NCBI GenBank assembly: GCA_963719315.1
Contig: CAVRBU010000002.1
Coordinates: forward strand, 672,001 to 736,000
From: an uncultured Planctomycetota bacterium
GTDB lineage: Bacteria; Planctomycetota; Planctomycetia; Pirellulales; Lacipirellulaceae
Direction: 5' to 3'
DNA length: 64,000 bases
The notes under the pieces are model-generated. The model did no database searches. It saw nothing but the letters and a program-made list of their open reading frames with translations, and had not been told where the DNA came from. Position 1 is the stretch's first letter, and each line of letters opens with the position of its first letter. Below, piece by piece: positions 52,093 to 62,990 of this stretch. The position numbers were made by a program, and so were the translations under genes.

Positions 52093-53196
52093 ATGAACAA
52101 TTCGAAACTGCGGCGGCACATCGCCTGGGAGGCCGCCCGGCTCATGTATTCCCGCCTAGAGTCGGAATACTTTACAGCCAAAAAGAAGGCGGCCCACCAA
52201 ATTTGCAAAGGCTGGGTGAAGCCGGCCGACTTGCCCAGTAACACCGAAATCCGCGACCAGATTCAGCTTTTGGCCCGGATGTTCGAAGGCGACGCTCGCA
52301 CAGATAACCTATTCGCCATGCGCCTAGCCGCGCTTGCCATGATGCGCCGCCTCGAGCCATTTCGCCCGCGACTCATCGGCAGCGTCCTGACCGGCCACAT
52401 CCGGCAAGGCTCCGATATCGACCTGCACGTCTTCTCGGATACGTCTGAAGCAGTGACGCATCTACTCGACAAAGACGGACTCAACTACACGGTTGAACGA
52501 AAACAAGTCCGCAAGCACGGCGAAGAGCGAATCTTCACGCACGTGCATCTAATCGACAACTTTCACTTCGAGCTCACAATTTATTCAACCGACCAGGCCC
52601 ATTTCGTTTTCAAAAGCTCAATCACCGGCAAGGCGATCGAACGAGCCAGCATCGCCGAATTGGAGCAGTTTTTAGAGCGCGAATACCCCGACGTCGACCT
52701 GGCAGCCGCGGCCGAGGAGGCGGCCAACCAGGTCGATCGCTTCCAACTTTTCGAGTCCCTGTTGCTGCCGCTCGAAAACGTCAGGCAGCCGCTCAAATAT
52801 CACCCCGAAAGCGACGCGCTCTACCACAGCCTGCAAGTCTTCGACCACGCCCGTGACCACCTCGCCTACGACGAAGAATTCTTAACCGCCGCCCTGCTCC
52901 ACGATGTCGGCAAGGCCATCGACCCCGCCAACCACGAAGCGGCCGCTCTCGAAGCGCTCGACGGCTTCATCAGCGAGCGCACGGCCTGGCTCATAGAACA
53001 CCACATGCTGGCCCACCAACTCGCCGACGGCACACTCGGCGCCCGCGCACGCCGGCGGCTCGTGCAATCCGAGCACTACGACGACCTGGTACTCCTAGGC
53101 GACTGCGACCGCGCGGGCCGGCAGCCCGGCGCCGAAACGCCGGAGTTAGAAGAAGCACTCAGCTACCTGCGAGAGCTGGAGCAAATGTTCGGCTAA
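52093..53196 (+). CDS. Pol-beta-type nucleotidyltransferase fused to an HD domain
   Basis: LIGSVLTG...SDIDLHVF; YHPESDALYHSLQV, ALLHDVGKA, IEHHM. Confidence 0.8.
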   Translation: MNNSKLRRHIAWEAARLMYSRLESEYFTAKKKAAHQICKGWVKPADLPSNTEIRDQIQLLARMFEGDARTDNLFAMRLAALAMMRRLEPFRPRLIGSVLTGHIRQGSDIDLHVFSDTSEAVTHLLDKDGLNYTVERKQVRKHGEERIFTHVHLIDNFHFELTIYSTDQAHFVFKSSITGKAIERASIAELEQFLEREYPDVDLAAAAEEAANQVDRFQLFESLLLPLENVRQPLKYHPESDALYHSLQVFDHARDHLAYDEEFLTAALLHDVGKAIDPANHEAAALEALDGFISERTAWLIEHHMLAHQLADGTLGARARRRLVQSEHYDDLVLLGDCDRAGRQPGAETPELEEALSYLRELEQMFG

Positions 53197-53249
53197 AGCG
53201 CATGATCAATGACTAGGAACGAGCGCTGGACTAAGGCGACGACCGCGAA

Positions 53250-53876
53250 TCACTTTGCCCGCTTTGGCACAACCAGGCTCTCCATATCAAGGAGCCGCCG
53301 TTTCATCTTGAGTCCTTCCGGCGCTGAGTAACCACCGAGATCGCCGCCGGCCGCGAGTACGCGGTGGCAGGGCACGATCAACGGATAGCGGTTTTTGGCC
53401 ATCACGCTGCCGACGGCTCGGGCCGCGCCGGGCGAGCCACATTCGGCTGCGAGCTCGCCGTAGGTTCGCGTCTGCCCCCACGGAATTCGTTGGCAGGCTG
53501 CGACTACGTGTCGACCGAACGGCGTTAAATGGTCCAACGCCAGCGGCACACCGCCGAAACCAACCGGCTCCCCAGAGCCAAAGCGGTTCAGTCGATCGAT
53601 CAGCTCCACAACCCAATGTGGAACATTAGCCATTTGACCTTCCGTCGCGATGCGGAAGAATGACTGTGGCAAACCCGGAGTCTGAGCGAGCGCAAGCTCC
53701 GCCGTCCGTCGCGACGCATAGCCGAACACATTTCCTAGCAGCACATCGTCGCGCCAGGCAACGGCCATCCAATTCAGTTCTGTGGAAAACGGAGCAACGC
53801 ACGCGCGTCGTTCGTCGGCCCCAGCCGTCGGGCCAGCGCGAAAAGATCGATTGGGCCGATTGATCGTGGATAACAT
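53250..53876 (-). CDS. ogt: Methylated-DNA--protein-cysteine S-methyltransferase
   Basis: IPWGQTRTYGELA, ARAVG, IVPCHRV, LGGY. Confidence 0.9.
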   Translation of the reverse strand: MLSTINRPNRSFRAGPTAGADERRACVAPFSTELNWMAVAWRDDVLLGNVFGYASRRTAELALAQTPGLPQSFFRIATEGQMANVPHWVVELIDRLNRFGSGEPVGFGGVPLALDHLTPFGRHVVAACQRIPWGQTRTYGELAAECGSPGAARAVGSVMAKNRYPLIVPCHRVLAAGGDLGGYSAPEGLKMKRRLLDMESLVVPKRAK

Positions 53877-54023
53877 GAATTCACCCTCCTGGAGTGCGGG
53901 GCCTCCTCGGCCATTGCTTTGACAGCGCTCAAGAAGTCATTTTATACTTGATAGGGTCGGCGTCGAGGGTGGAGCGCCGATTCCCACGAACCGCAGCCAA
54001 ATCCCCGAGGAATTACGCAACCG

Positions 54024-54767
54024 ATGATTTCCTATCATGCGCTGGCTGACGATTATTACGTGAGCATGAACCTCAGCACCGAAATGGAGCTGACGGGAAG
54101 CCGCGAAGCAATTCTGCACTACTTCGAACAAATGCAAAAGAAGTTTCCGGAGATGCGGAACTTCTACGCCCGCGAAAAAGGCGATTTCGTACTCGAGGCC
54201 GACAAGGAGCGCGGCAGCTACCGCTGGTGCTCCGTCGAGGCCCGCCGCATCTGCTCCGGCTACGTGAACCCCGATTCGTTCGATGCGGCCGTGGACCAGC
54301 ATCGGCACGTATTGGAACTCGCGCCGTACGGTCTTACGCTCAGCCGGCTCGATTGCGAAGCGCTCGACCTGATGATGGGCTTCGATTTCACCTATCGCGG
54401 CAATCAGAACCAATTGATCGCCGAAGCGCTCGGCGTCTGCCCCGCGTTCGAGAAGCTGGCTGGCATGCCGGGCGCCACGTTCATCAGCAACGAGCCAGCC
54501 CTCACGTTCGCCCTGGATGATGAGTGCCGTACGCAATGCCGCGTAAACGTGGAAACGCGTACCAACGCCTATCAGATTCGCACGGGTGAATTTCAGGATG
54601 AGCAGGTGAGCGTTTACGTGACGGCACGCCAATACGGCAGCCTTCCACCCGATGCGAACTATATCGAAGTCATCGACCGGCTCGCAAGATTCTGCCGCGA
54701 AGTAGTGGATGGTTACGTTGTCGATGGCGTGCTGCAACCGCTGGCACGCGCGATTGCGTTGGAATAA
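54024..54767 (+). CDS. Hypothetical protein
   Basis: 247-aa ORF with host-like codon usage and GAGGA SD; no motif recognised. Confidence 0.7.
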   Translation: MISYHALADDYYVSMNLSTEMELTGSREAILHYFEQMQKKFPEMRNFYAREKGDFVLEADKERGSYRWCSVEARRICSGYVNPDSFDAAVDQHRHVLELAPYGLTLSRLDCEALDLMMGFDFTYRGNQNQLIAEALGVCPAFEKLAGMPGATFISNEPALTFALDDECRTQCRVNVETRTNAYQIRTGEFQDEQVSVYVTARQYGSLPPDANYIEVIDRLARFCREVVDGYVVDGVLQPLARAIALE

Positions 54768-54802
54768 TGACCAACCGAATTGCCGATTGCTTCCGGTGAC
54801 GA

Positions 54803-55453
54803 ATGGAATACTACCGGCTAACGATTCCGATTCCGAAGCGGCCCTTGCAACTGCTGCGATTTCGCATTTCGACCGCACTACTGCTGACTGCGATCCTGGC
54901 AATCGCACTTGCATGGCGCCGCGATCATAACAAGCTCAACGCTCAGTTGCGCCGAATTCACAATCCAAATTCGAACTGGGGAGTCAATCAAGTGACAGGG
55001 ACGCCCAACACCAAGGGCATCGGCGATATCGCCTCCGCCTGGGCTTCGTCAACGCCCGATGATTCGAAGGAATGGCTTGAATTGGAATACGACAAATCAG
55101 TCGTGCCAACCGCAATCCTGGTTCATGAAACGTACAATCCGGGCGCGGTCGTGAAAGTCACTCACGTTCCGTTCTGGGGCGGCGAGAAGACGCTTTGGGA
55201 AGGCCGAGATCCCGTAGGCGCAAACGGGGGTGTCTCGCGGCTGCCTGTATTGGTCGGAATCAAAACCGGCCACATCAAAGTATACATTGATTCGCCCGCC
55301 GTACCCGGCTGGAACGAAATCGACGCCGTCGGCCTGGAGTACGGCAACAAGGAAATGATCTGGGCCACTTCCGCCAAAGCCAGCAGTTTTTACGGCGACC
55401 AATGGCCGCAACAAAATGGTTACGGGCCGTACGGAATGCAGTACGTTTATTAG
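54803..55453 (+). CDS. Membrane-anchored protein with galactose-binding-like beta-sandwich
   Basis: RFRISTALLL TM motif; QVTGTPN, AWAS..EWLELEY, ETYNPGA, WNEIDAVGL. Confidence 0.6.
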   Translation: MEYYRLTIPIPKRPLQLLRFRISTALLLTAILAIALAWRRDHNKLNAQLRRIHNPNSNWGVNQVTGTPNTKGIGDIASAWASSTPDDSKEWLELEYDKSVVPTAILVHETYNPGAVVKVTHVPFWGGEKTLWEGRDPVGANGGVSRLPVLVGIKTGHIKVYIDSPAVPGWNEIDAVGLEYGNKEMIWATSAKASSFYGDQWPQQNGYGPYGMQYVY

Positions 55454-55479
55454 CCGCGTCCGACAGCGACTCTTCCGCC

Positions 55480-56868
55480 TTAGTTCTCGGCCGGCTTTTC
55501 CTGTCCACCCGGCTGCTCTGGCGAGTTTCCACCCCCACTAGCCTCATGCTTCTTCCGCGATTCCTCAGCCTTCGCCAACGCTTCTTTGGCCAAGTCTTTG
55601 CCGGCCAACAAGGCTTCGATCTCCTTCGTCAGCATCTTGCTCAACTGGCCACTGTAGCCCACGTGTACGACTTGCACTTTGCCGTCCTTGCCGATAAGCA
55701 GCGTCTGCGGAATGCCTTCCACCTTGTATTGTTCGGAGATCTCGTTCTTGGGATCCATCGCTACGGTCGGGTCGAGCTTGGCTTCCGCTAAAAAAGCCTT
55801 GATCACCGCGGGATCCTCGCCCACATTCACGGCATAGAACACCAGCCCCTTCTCCTTGAATTTCTTGGCCACCTCTTCCACTTGCGGCATCGCCTGCACG
55901 CACGGTCCGCACCACGTGGCCCAAAAATCGAGCAGCACCACGTTCTTGCCAAGCGATTGCTTCAAGTCGATCGGCTTGCCGTCCACATCCGTCGTGGTGA
56001 AAGGCGGGGCCGGCTGACCGAGTAGCGGATGGGGCTGCTCTTCGGGGGCTTCCATGATGGACTCCACTTTCTGAGCGTCCGCCGGCGGCGTGAACGAGAA
56101 ATCGGCGGCCGTGAATTTCGGGGCGACGTTCCAATCCGAAAGCGTGACGATATAACTCAGCGTCACTCCGTCGAATTGTCCGCCTGCGCCCGCTAATTGC
56201 TTCGTCAAATCGGGCTGCACCTTGTGAACCAACGGCCGATTGCCGACTTCGATCCAAATGTCCCAGTCGAATTCCTCCTGAATAAAGCGGCAATGGTGGC
56301 AGAGCACTTCGCCCGTCTTCAAGTCACCCACCTTTTCCTGACCCAGGTATTCCGATTTTATTACGCCGTCCATCAGCGCTCGGTAGAACTCGTCGCCGCT
56401 CGTAGGAATCACGACCCCCGACATGCCCAGCATCGTGATCGAAATCGGGGCTCCGATATCGGTCATTTCTGCGAAGTCGGCGGGCGCTTCCTTCACCACA
56501 TATCGCTTCAGCATGGGCAAGAATTGCGTCAACTCCTTGCCGTTGCTGACGACCGTCATCCCCATCACGCCCTCGTCCACGATCATCGCCAGCCGATTCG
56601 GCCGCTCCAGCCGCACGGTCATCTTCGTGACGGAACGATTCTTCTGACCCTTGCCACTGATTTCCAACACCGATTCGACTTTGCAGGAGAACGCGGGCAG
56701 CTTGCCCATGAAATCCGCCATCTGTCTCAGTACATCATCCGGATTTACCTCCCCCGCCTTAGCCGCCGCTTGCGGTTTCGCCGGCGCAGTCGGTTGACCA
56801 AGTGCTGGCCACGCGAGCCACACGTTCGTACCGAATGCAATCAACAAAATGACGCTTAGTTTTCGCAT
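55480..56868 (-). CDS. Exported DUF2092 (LolA-like) domain plus TlpA-type redoxin
   Basis: Signal peptide; RLERPNRL, DWDIWI, FSFTPPADAQK; LDFWATWCGPC, GIPQT. Confidence 0.85.
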   Translation of the reverse strand: MRKLSVILLIAFGTNVWLAWPALGQPTAPAKPQAAAKAGEVNPDDVLRQMADFMGKLPAFSCKVESVLEISGKGQKNRSVTKMTVRLERPNRLAMIVDEGVMGMTVVSNGKELTQFLPMLKRYVVKEAPADFAEMTDIGAPISITMLGMSGVVIPTSGDEFYRALMDGVIKSEYLGQEKVGDLKTGEVLCHHCRFIQEEFDWDIWIEVGNRPLVHKVQPDLTKQLAGAGGQFDGVTLSYIVTLSDWNVAPKFTAADFSFTPPADAQKVESIMEAPEEQPHPLLGQPAPPFTTTDVDGKPIDLKQSLGKNVVLLDFWATWCGPCVQAMPQVEEVAKKFKEKGLVFYAVNVGEDPAVIKAFLAEAKLDPTVAMDPKNEISEQYKVEGIPQTLLIGKDGKVQVVHVGYSGQLSKMLTKEIEALLAGKDLAKEALAKAEESRKKHEASGGGNSPEQPGGQEKPAEN

Positions 56869-56916
56869 GGCAGTGTCCCCGGGATAGTTGCGCAATGATA
56901 CGCCAGAAAAAGTGTG

Positions 56917-57303
56917 CTAACCAATCAATCGTTGAACGCTTTCGATCAACCGGTCCATGGGGAACGGTTTGCGGATGTAGTCATCGACACCTAGCATCTC
57001 GGCATACGCCTTGTGACGAGTGCCTTCGTTGGCCGTGATCATGATCACGCGCATCGGCGTCTCGCGCGTGCGACGCATTTTTTCGAGCACCAGAAACCCG
57101 CTCCTCTTGGGCATCATCATATCGAGAATCACGAGGTCCGGATTCTCGCGCTCCGAAAGCGCCAGGCCTTGATTGCCGTCGCGGGCTACGAGCACCGTGT
57201 ATCCGTTCGCCTCAAGCGTCAGCCGCAACGACTCGATGATATCTGCGTCGTCGTCCACGAGCAGAATCCGCTTGCCCGCTTTTTGACCGCTGTCTTTTGC
57301 CAT
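56917..57303 (-). CDS. Single-domain response regulator
   Basis: ILLVDDD, ILDMMMP, VIMITA, YIRKPF. Confidence 0.9.
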   Translation of the reverse strand: MAKDSGQKAGKRILLVDDDADIIESLRLTLEANGYTVLVARDGNQGLALSERENPDLVILDMMMPKRSGFLVLEKMRRTRETPMRVIMITANEGTRHKAYAEMLGVDDYIRKPFPMDRLIESVQRLIG

Positions 57304-57328
57304 GAGTTTTGTTAAGATTTCTGACCTT

Positions 57329-57416
57329 GGTGAGTAGCTGAGCAAGGGAGTAGGTGAGCGGGTCACGAGAATGAATTGCTCCGCACTTGCTCATCAACTC
57401 ACCCACTCACTTATTC
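57329..57416. repeat. Inverted octamer-array hairpin
   Basis: GGTGAGTA GCTGAGCA AGGGAGTA GGTGAGCG ... ACTTGCTC ATCAACTC ACCCACTC ACTTATTC. Confidence 0.75.
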
Positions 57417-57464
57417 CCCCTATGTTTACCGATCGGCGCAAGATTTGCAACCGGGAACGTGCGG

Positions 57465-58584
57465 ATGTCCAAGTCCATAGAAAAACAAACGGTGCCTGAA
57501 AAAGCGCCCCGCGTACCAATCGTCGCGGCACCGAAACTCCCGTACCAGCCACGCGACCCCAAACGCTACCGCCCCGGAATTGCCGTCGTTGGATGCGGCG
57601 GCATCACCAAGTGGCATCTGCGTGCGTACAAAGAGGCAAATTATCGCGTCGTCGCGCTTTGCGACATGGTCCTGGCTCGCGCCGTGGAGCGTCGCGACGA
57701 GTTTTACCCAGAAGCCACTGCGACCGACAGCTTCGACGAAGTGCTATCGCGCGATGATGTGGTCGTCGTCGATATCACCACGCACCCGCCGGAGCGCCCG
57801 CCACTCGTCGAGGCCGCGCTCCGAGCGCAAAACACGTGCTCAGTCAGAAGCCGTTCGTGCTTGACCTCGATGTGGGCCAGCGACTCGCCGATATTGCCGA
57901 CGAGATGGGCGTGAAATTGGCCGTCAACCAAAACGCCCGCTGGGCGCCCCATTTCAGTTACATTCGAGAAGCCGTCCGCGCCGGCCTCCTAGGCTCGATC
58001 GACGCAATCCACTGCGACGTCCATTGGGACCACAGTTGGGTCAAGGGCACGCCATTCGAATCGGTCCGTCACTTGATCCTTTATGATTTCGGCATCCATT
58101 GGTTCGACTTCGTCCGCACGATCATGGGCGACGTGATTCCGCGCCGGATTTACGCCTCGATGGCCCGCTCCGCCACGCAAACGATCCAGCCGCCCCTCTT
58201 GCGCAAACCATCATTGAGTACGAAGCAGCACAAGCGACTCTGATCTTCGACGGCGCTACTCGCTTCGATCCCATGGACCGCACTTTCGTCGTCGGCAGTC
58301 AGGGCGCGATCCGCAGCGTGGGCCCTAGCACCGAACATCAGCGCGTAGAACTGACGACCGCCGCCGGCATCGCTCGCCCTCGCTTGAAGGGCGCGTGGTT
58401 CCCCGATGGCTTCCACGGCACGATGGCCGAATTGCTAGCCGCGATCAAAGAAAACCGCGAGCCCACCCACAGCGCCCGCAACAACCTTGCCAGCCTCGAA
58501 CTCTGCTACGCCGCCGTCGCGAGTGCCGAGCGCGGCGAAGCCGTGAAGCCAGGCTCTGTCCGCCAATTGCCTGCCGTCGTGTGA
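57465..58584 (+). CDS. Gfo/Idh/MocA family oxidoreductase (two frameshifts near 57830 and 58200)
   Basis: IAVVGCGGI, then HVLSQKPF, VNQNARW, DFGIHWFD, then ARNNLASLEL across three frames. Confidence 0.85.
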
Positions 58585-58594
58585 CCACAGACGC

Positions 58595-58617
58595 GGGTGC
58601 CACGGGCCTTGCCAGTT
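58595..58617. repeat. REP-like hairpin, GGTG class
   Basis: GGGTGCCACGGGCCTTGCCAGTT, similar to 35192. Confidence 0.5.
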
Positions 58618-58720
58618 CTTACCGTGAATCATCGCCCGTCCAGTGCTCAGACTGGCAAGCCTTGGCTCAAAAAGTTCAATGAATTGTTGTCGGGGCCGGT
58701 CGAGCAGTTATGAGCTTGCT

Positions 58721-60939
58721 CTACCCACTTTCAATGCGTGGCCTCGCCACCATCAACAAGCCCACTCCCACTAGAATCCCCACCGCCGCCAACGCGTGCC
58801 ACATCAACGGCAAGTGCGCCTCCTCTTGCACGCCCCAGCCACGCGCCGCTAGTTCCTCGCGGTAGTAGATGATTGAGAACACGAAGCCATTTAGTACTGT
58901 GTGCAAGACGATCCCCGACAACACGCTGCCCGTACGCAACCGCACCCAGCCCAGTATGAGCCCCAACGCGGCAGTCGGCATGAGCTTTCCGGGGAATAAC
59001 ACCTCATGAAAAAAACCAAACAGCAAGGCCGTGGCCACCACTGTCCATCCGCCGGAGAGCTTTTGGCGTATCGACGCGAACAGAAAACCGCGAAAACACA
59101 ATTCTTCGAAAACTGCCGGCACTAACGCAAACGTGATCAGGATCAGCCACAACGGCACCGCCTGAAACTGCTTCACGATCGCATCGACTTTCTTGACGAT
59201 ATCCGGATTGAGCGTCAGCAATCCGTATTGTTCACACAGCAACGCGAGTTCGTGAGCCGCCGGCCAAAGTGAAACACCAAGGATCGCGGCCGCCACTAAA
59301 TTCAGCGGACTTGTCCCGCGAGCCCCAGCCCGCTCGACCAACGCACGCGGCAGAACATCGCGATGACCACCGGAATGCCGCCAAAAATGGCGGCCGTGAT
59401 CAACGCGCGCACCACGAATTGCTGCTCCATCGAATACTCCGCCGACCGCCCCAAACCATTCGCCAAAATAAAGTACGACGGAAACATCAACGCCAAACAA
59501 AACATAGCCGCGGCCAGACTGGCCGCCGGCCGCGGCTCGCTCGGCCGCCGCATCAAATCCGACCACGTTGCCGGGCTACCATACAGAATCGCGTCGGTGC
59601 CGAAGATCCTAGCCGCAACGCCGATCGCCGCCGCAATATAAAAAATTGTCGAACTCACCGCGGCAATCGCCAACCCCGGTTGCACGCTGCCTTCCAACAG
59701 ATCGCGGGCCAGCATCACGATGTTCACTAACGGCGTCACCGCCATCCAACCCGTAAACACAAGGCTCGGCAGCAAACACAACACGCCCGGCACCAGGCAC
59801 AGCAGCATCAGCGGAATGATATACGCCTGCGCTTCCTTGAAACTTCGCGCGTAACTCGTAATCGCCAGCAGAATGGCCGAGAAAAACGCCGCAAATAGTC
59901 CCAGCAGCAGCAGCACCTTGATTACTACGCCAAACGTCATCCCGCCGCCGAACAAGCCTGTGGCCAAGCCCGTACTGTGGGCGGTGATTGTCATTCCAGT
60001 CAGATTGACCACCGCCGTGAGAAGCGCAACCGTCAGCACGGCGATGTACTTGGCAAACAACAACCCCAACCGCGGGACCGGCGCGGCGATGAGCGTTTCC
60101 AATGTGCCGCGCTCGCGTTCGCCGGCCGTGAGATCGATCGCGGGGTAGACCGCGCCGGTCACGGTCATCAGCACGAGAATCAACGGAATGAGTGCGGCCA
60201 ACGAAAACACCGGCGCGCCGCTGAAACTGATCGGATGCCGTTCGAGTGCTGCGGGCAACCCCGCGACGACATCCAGCCGCTTGAGTTGCTCGTTCAACCC
60301 CACCTCGTTGCAAGCTTGAAGGCGCGATTCCACGTAATCGAGCGCCGCCTCGCTCGCCGGCGAGCCCGCTCGGTAAATCAGTTCCCACACGAGCGGCGTT
60401 TGCAAACCTTTCTTGGCATCGTCCGGCTGCTCCCGCCGATGCACCAACGCGAGGTGCAGCAAAGAATCGGCGACATACTGCTCAAGATTTGCATCCGGAA
60501 AATCTACCAGCGAAATCGTTGGCTTTACGTCTTGCCCACTCGGGACCAGACCAATTCGCGGGCGCTCGCTCTTGTTTGCCTCGCCGCGCTCGTCGCGTCT
60601 GCCAGCTCCGGCATTCCCACTTTGCCTTCTCGCGGCCAATGCGGCGTCGCCCACTCGGAGTTGTTTCTCCAGTATTTGTCGCCCAATTGACGAATCCACG
60701 CCCACCACATAGTTAGCGTCCTGTCCCGCCGACAACGATGTAACCAAAAACCGCTGAAACACGATCGCCAGCAGTGGGTAGATCAAGAGCGGCATCACGA
60801 CCAGCGTGATGATCGTGCGGCGGTCGCGCAGGATCTCGCGCAGCTCCTTCAACACCAACCGTCGCAGCCGCCCCAATTGCCAATGGCTGGCGGCTGTATG
60901 CGACTGGCGCTCGAACAAGTGTGAAGGATCGTCGCTCAT
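58721..60939 (-). CDS. NatB-like ABC permease fused to CPBP (Abi/CAAX) intramembrane protease (frameshift near 59310)
   Basis: KELREILRDRRT, AGERERGTLETL, ARSFKEAQ; C-terminal FEELCFRG, FGFFHE, LHTVLN. Confidence 0.85.
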
Positions 60940-60978
60940 GAATTGATTTGAATTTGTGATTCGCCTGCCATTCCGAAT

Positions 60979-61051
60979 GGGTGGCTAGGGTCAAGCCCAG
61001 CGAGCCCCCCGCGAAACTGGCGGCTCGCCTTCGGCTCGACCCCAGCCACCC
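60979..61051. repeat. REP-like inverted repeat, GGTG class
   Basis: GGGTGGCTAGGGTCAAGCC ... GGCTCGACCCCAGCCACCC (19-bp arms, 2 mismatches). Confidence 0.7.
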
Positions 61052-61059
61052 AACATCAA

Positions 61060-61800
61060 CTAACCAGTTTTCGCCGGTTGGAAAAAACTCCGAAACATAT
61101 CCACCAGCGTGAGGCAGCCTGTCGCGGTCCGCAGCTCCGCAAGCGTTCCTTCGAGCCGCAACTGCCCCTGGTGCAACAATCCGAACCGATCGCACAACCG
61201 CTCGGCTTCGTCTAACCGGTGCGTACTCACGATCACCGCCTTGCCTTCGTCGCGCAGCCCACGGACGTAATCGACAACCACCTGGCTGCCGAGCACGTCC
61301 AGCCCGCGCGTCGGCTCATCGAGCAGCACCACCGGCGGCGAATGGATGAGCGCCCGCGCGAGCGTCACCCGCTGCCGCTGACCGGTGCTCAACAGCGAAC
61401 AACGACGATCCAAGAGCGATGTCAACTCAAACAAATTGGCGAGCGTTCGCAAGTTCTCGCCCGCCTCGCGCGGCGGCAAGCCGTACAAATCGGCAAAAAA
61501 CAACAGCATCTCGCGCACCGTAAGCCACGGGTACACGCCATCATTGGCCGAAACCAGCCCCACTCGCGACTTCACCTCGTCCGGCGCCTCGCTCGTGCGA
61601 AAGCCGGCCACCTCGGCCCAACCGCTATCGGGCCGCAGCAGGCCCACAATCATGCGAATCGTAGTCGTCTTACCCGCCCCATTGGGCCCCAACAAACCGT
61701 ACACCTCGCCCGAATTCACGACGAATGACAACCGATCGACTGCGAGAATCTCCGCTCCCCCAATCCAAAACCGCCTCGAAAGCTCGTGAATCGTGATCAT
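61060..61800 (-). CDS. NatA-like ABC transporter ATP-binding protein
   Basis: [31 protein letters not shown]. Confidence 0.9.
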   Translation of the reverse strand: MITIHELSRRFWIGGAEILAVDRLSFVVNSGEVYGLLGPNGAGKTTTIRMIVGLLRPDSGWAEVAGFRTSEAPDEVKSRVGLVSANDGVYPWLTVREMLLFFADLYGLPPREAGENLRTLANLFELTSLLDRRCSLLSTGQRQRVTLARALIHSPPVVLLDEPTRGLDVLGSQVVVDYVRGLRDEGKAVIVSTHRLDEAERLCDRFGLLHQGQLRLEGTLAELRTATGCLTLVDMFRSFFQPAKTG

Positions 61801-62026
61801 ACGAAGATGCGGAAAGCCATCTATTGGGAAAGGGAATTGACAGAAGTTTGCACCGCCGCGTTCGAGCCGGTATTCTGAGCGTATCGGTAGAAGCCCTGCC
61901 CGTCCACGTGAACAGGTCGGATATGCTTGACTGCGATTATTCTCGATACAAATCAAGTCCGCCCGCTTAAGCGGCGCCTTGTTCATGAGAAGTTACCCAC
62001 TTCGATCCTAGTTCCTACAAATTATC

Positions 62027-62095
62027 GAGCAGGAGTTAACAGGGAACACAGAAGACTCTGCTCTTCTCCTCCGTTACCTCTGATACCTCCTGTTC
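62027..62095. repeat. Inverted nonamer-array hairpin
   Basis: GAGCAGGAG TTAACAGGG AACACAGAA ... CTCCGTTAC CTCTGATAC CTCCTGTTC. Confidence 0.6.
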
Positions 62096-62111
62096 AATTT
62101 CTTACTTGACC

Positions 62112-62963
62112 ATGAGAAATACCGCAAACATACAATTAACGATCACCACGGCCGCTTTTTTTTGGGGAGCACGGCTCATGGCGCAAACTGGCGAGATCAA
62201 CATCGAGCCCGGCAAACAGTTGCCCCAATCCGTTACCGTCCACGTCGGAGACAAAGGCGCCGCGCACGATGTCACGATTCGCTACCTGCTGTTTGTGCCG
62301 AAAGACTACAAAGCCGACGGACGGAAGTGGCCGCTTATGCTGTTCCTGCACGGGCTGGGCGAGTGCAGCAGCGACGATTTGAACAAAGTGAAAATCCACG
62401 GCCCGCCCAAAATCGTAGAGGGCCGGCCCGATTTTCCGTTCGTGCTCGTGTCTCCTCAATCCCCGCTGCCTCCGGGCTACGATCCCAATCAGCCCGCGGA
62501 AAAGACCCCGCAACAAGTGAACGAACTTGTTCTCCGCGCATGGAAGCCGGACGAGTTGATTCAGCTCATCGATCACGTCAGCAGCAAGTTAAGTATCGAC
62601 CCCGATCGCGTGTACGTCACCGGTTTGAGCATGGGTGGCTACGGTACCTGGCGGCTCGCGGCCACGTACCCGGAACGATTCGCGGCCGCCGTGCCGATTT
62701 GCGGGGGCGGTGATCCGGTGCCGATGGCCGCCGCACTCAGCCGTGTGCCGATCTGGGCGTTTCACGGCGCGAAAGATACGGTTGTGCCCCTCTCCGAATC
62801 GAAGAATATGCTTCACTACATCCGGCAGGCAGGCGGCGATGTGCGACTCACCATTTACCCCGAAGCTGGACACAACGCCTGGGAGCAAACGTACAACAAC
62901 CAGGAAGTCTACGACTGGCTCCTCGCTCATCGACGCAAGTCAAAAACAGACGCCGCCAAGTAG
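62112..62963 (+). CDS. Alpha/beta hydrolase (predicted peptidase/carboxylesterase)
   Basis: PLMLFLHGLGE, VTGLSMGGYG, AFHGAKDTVV, GHNAW. Confidence 0.88.
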   Translation: MRNTANIQLTITTAAFFWGARLMAQTGEINIEPGKQLPQSVTVHVGDKGAAHDVTIRYLLFVPKDYKADGRKWPLMLFLHGLGECSSDDLNKVKIHGPPKIVEGRPDFPFVLVSPQSPLPPGYDPNQPAEKTPQQVNELVLRAWKPDELIQLIDHVSSKLSIDPDRVYVTGLSMGGYGTWRLAATYPERFAAAVPICGGGDPVPMAAALSRVPIWAFHGAKDTVVPLSESKNMLHYIRQAGGDVRLTIYPEAGHNAWEQTYNNQEVYDWLLAHRRKSKTDAAK

Positions 62964-62984
62964 GCGCCGCGAGCCGAGCGGCGC
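62960..62984 (+). repeat. Single GTAG-footed REP-like hairpin overlapping the stop codon
   Basis: GTAG-GCGCCGC-GAGCCGA-GCGGCGC. Confidence 0.5.
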
Positions 62985-62990
62985 GGGGAA

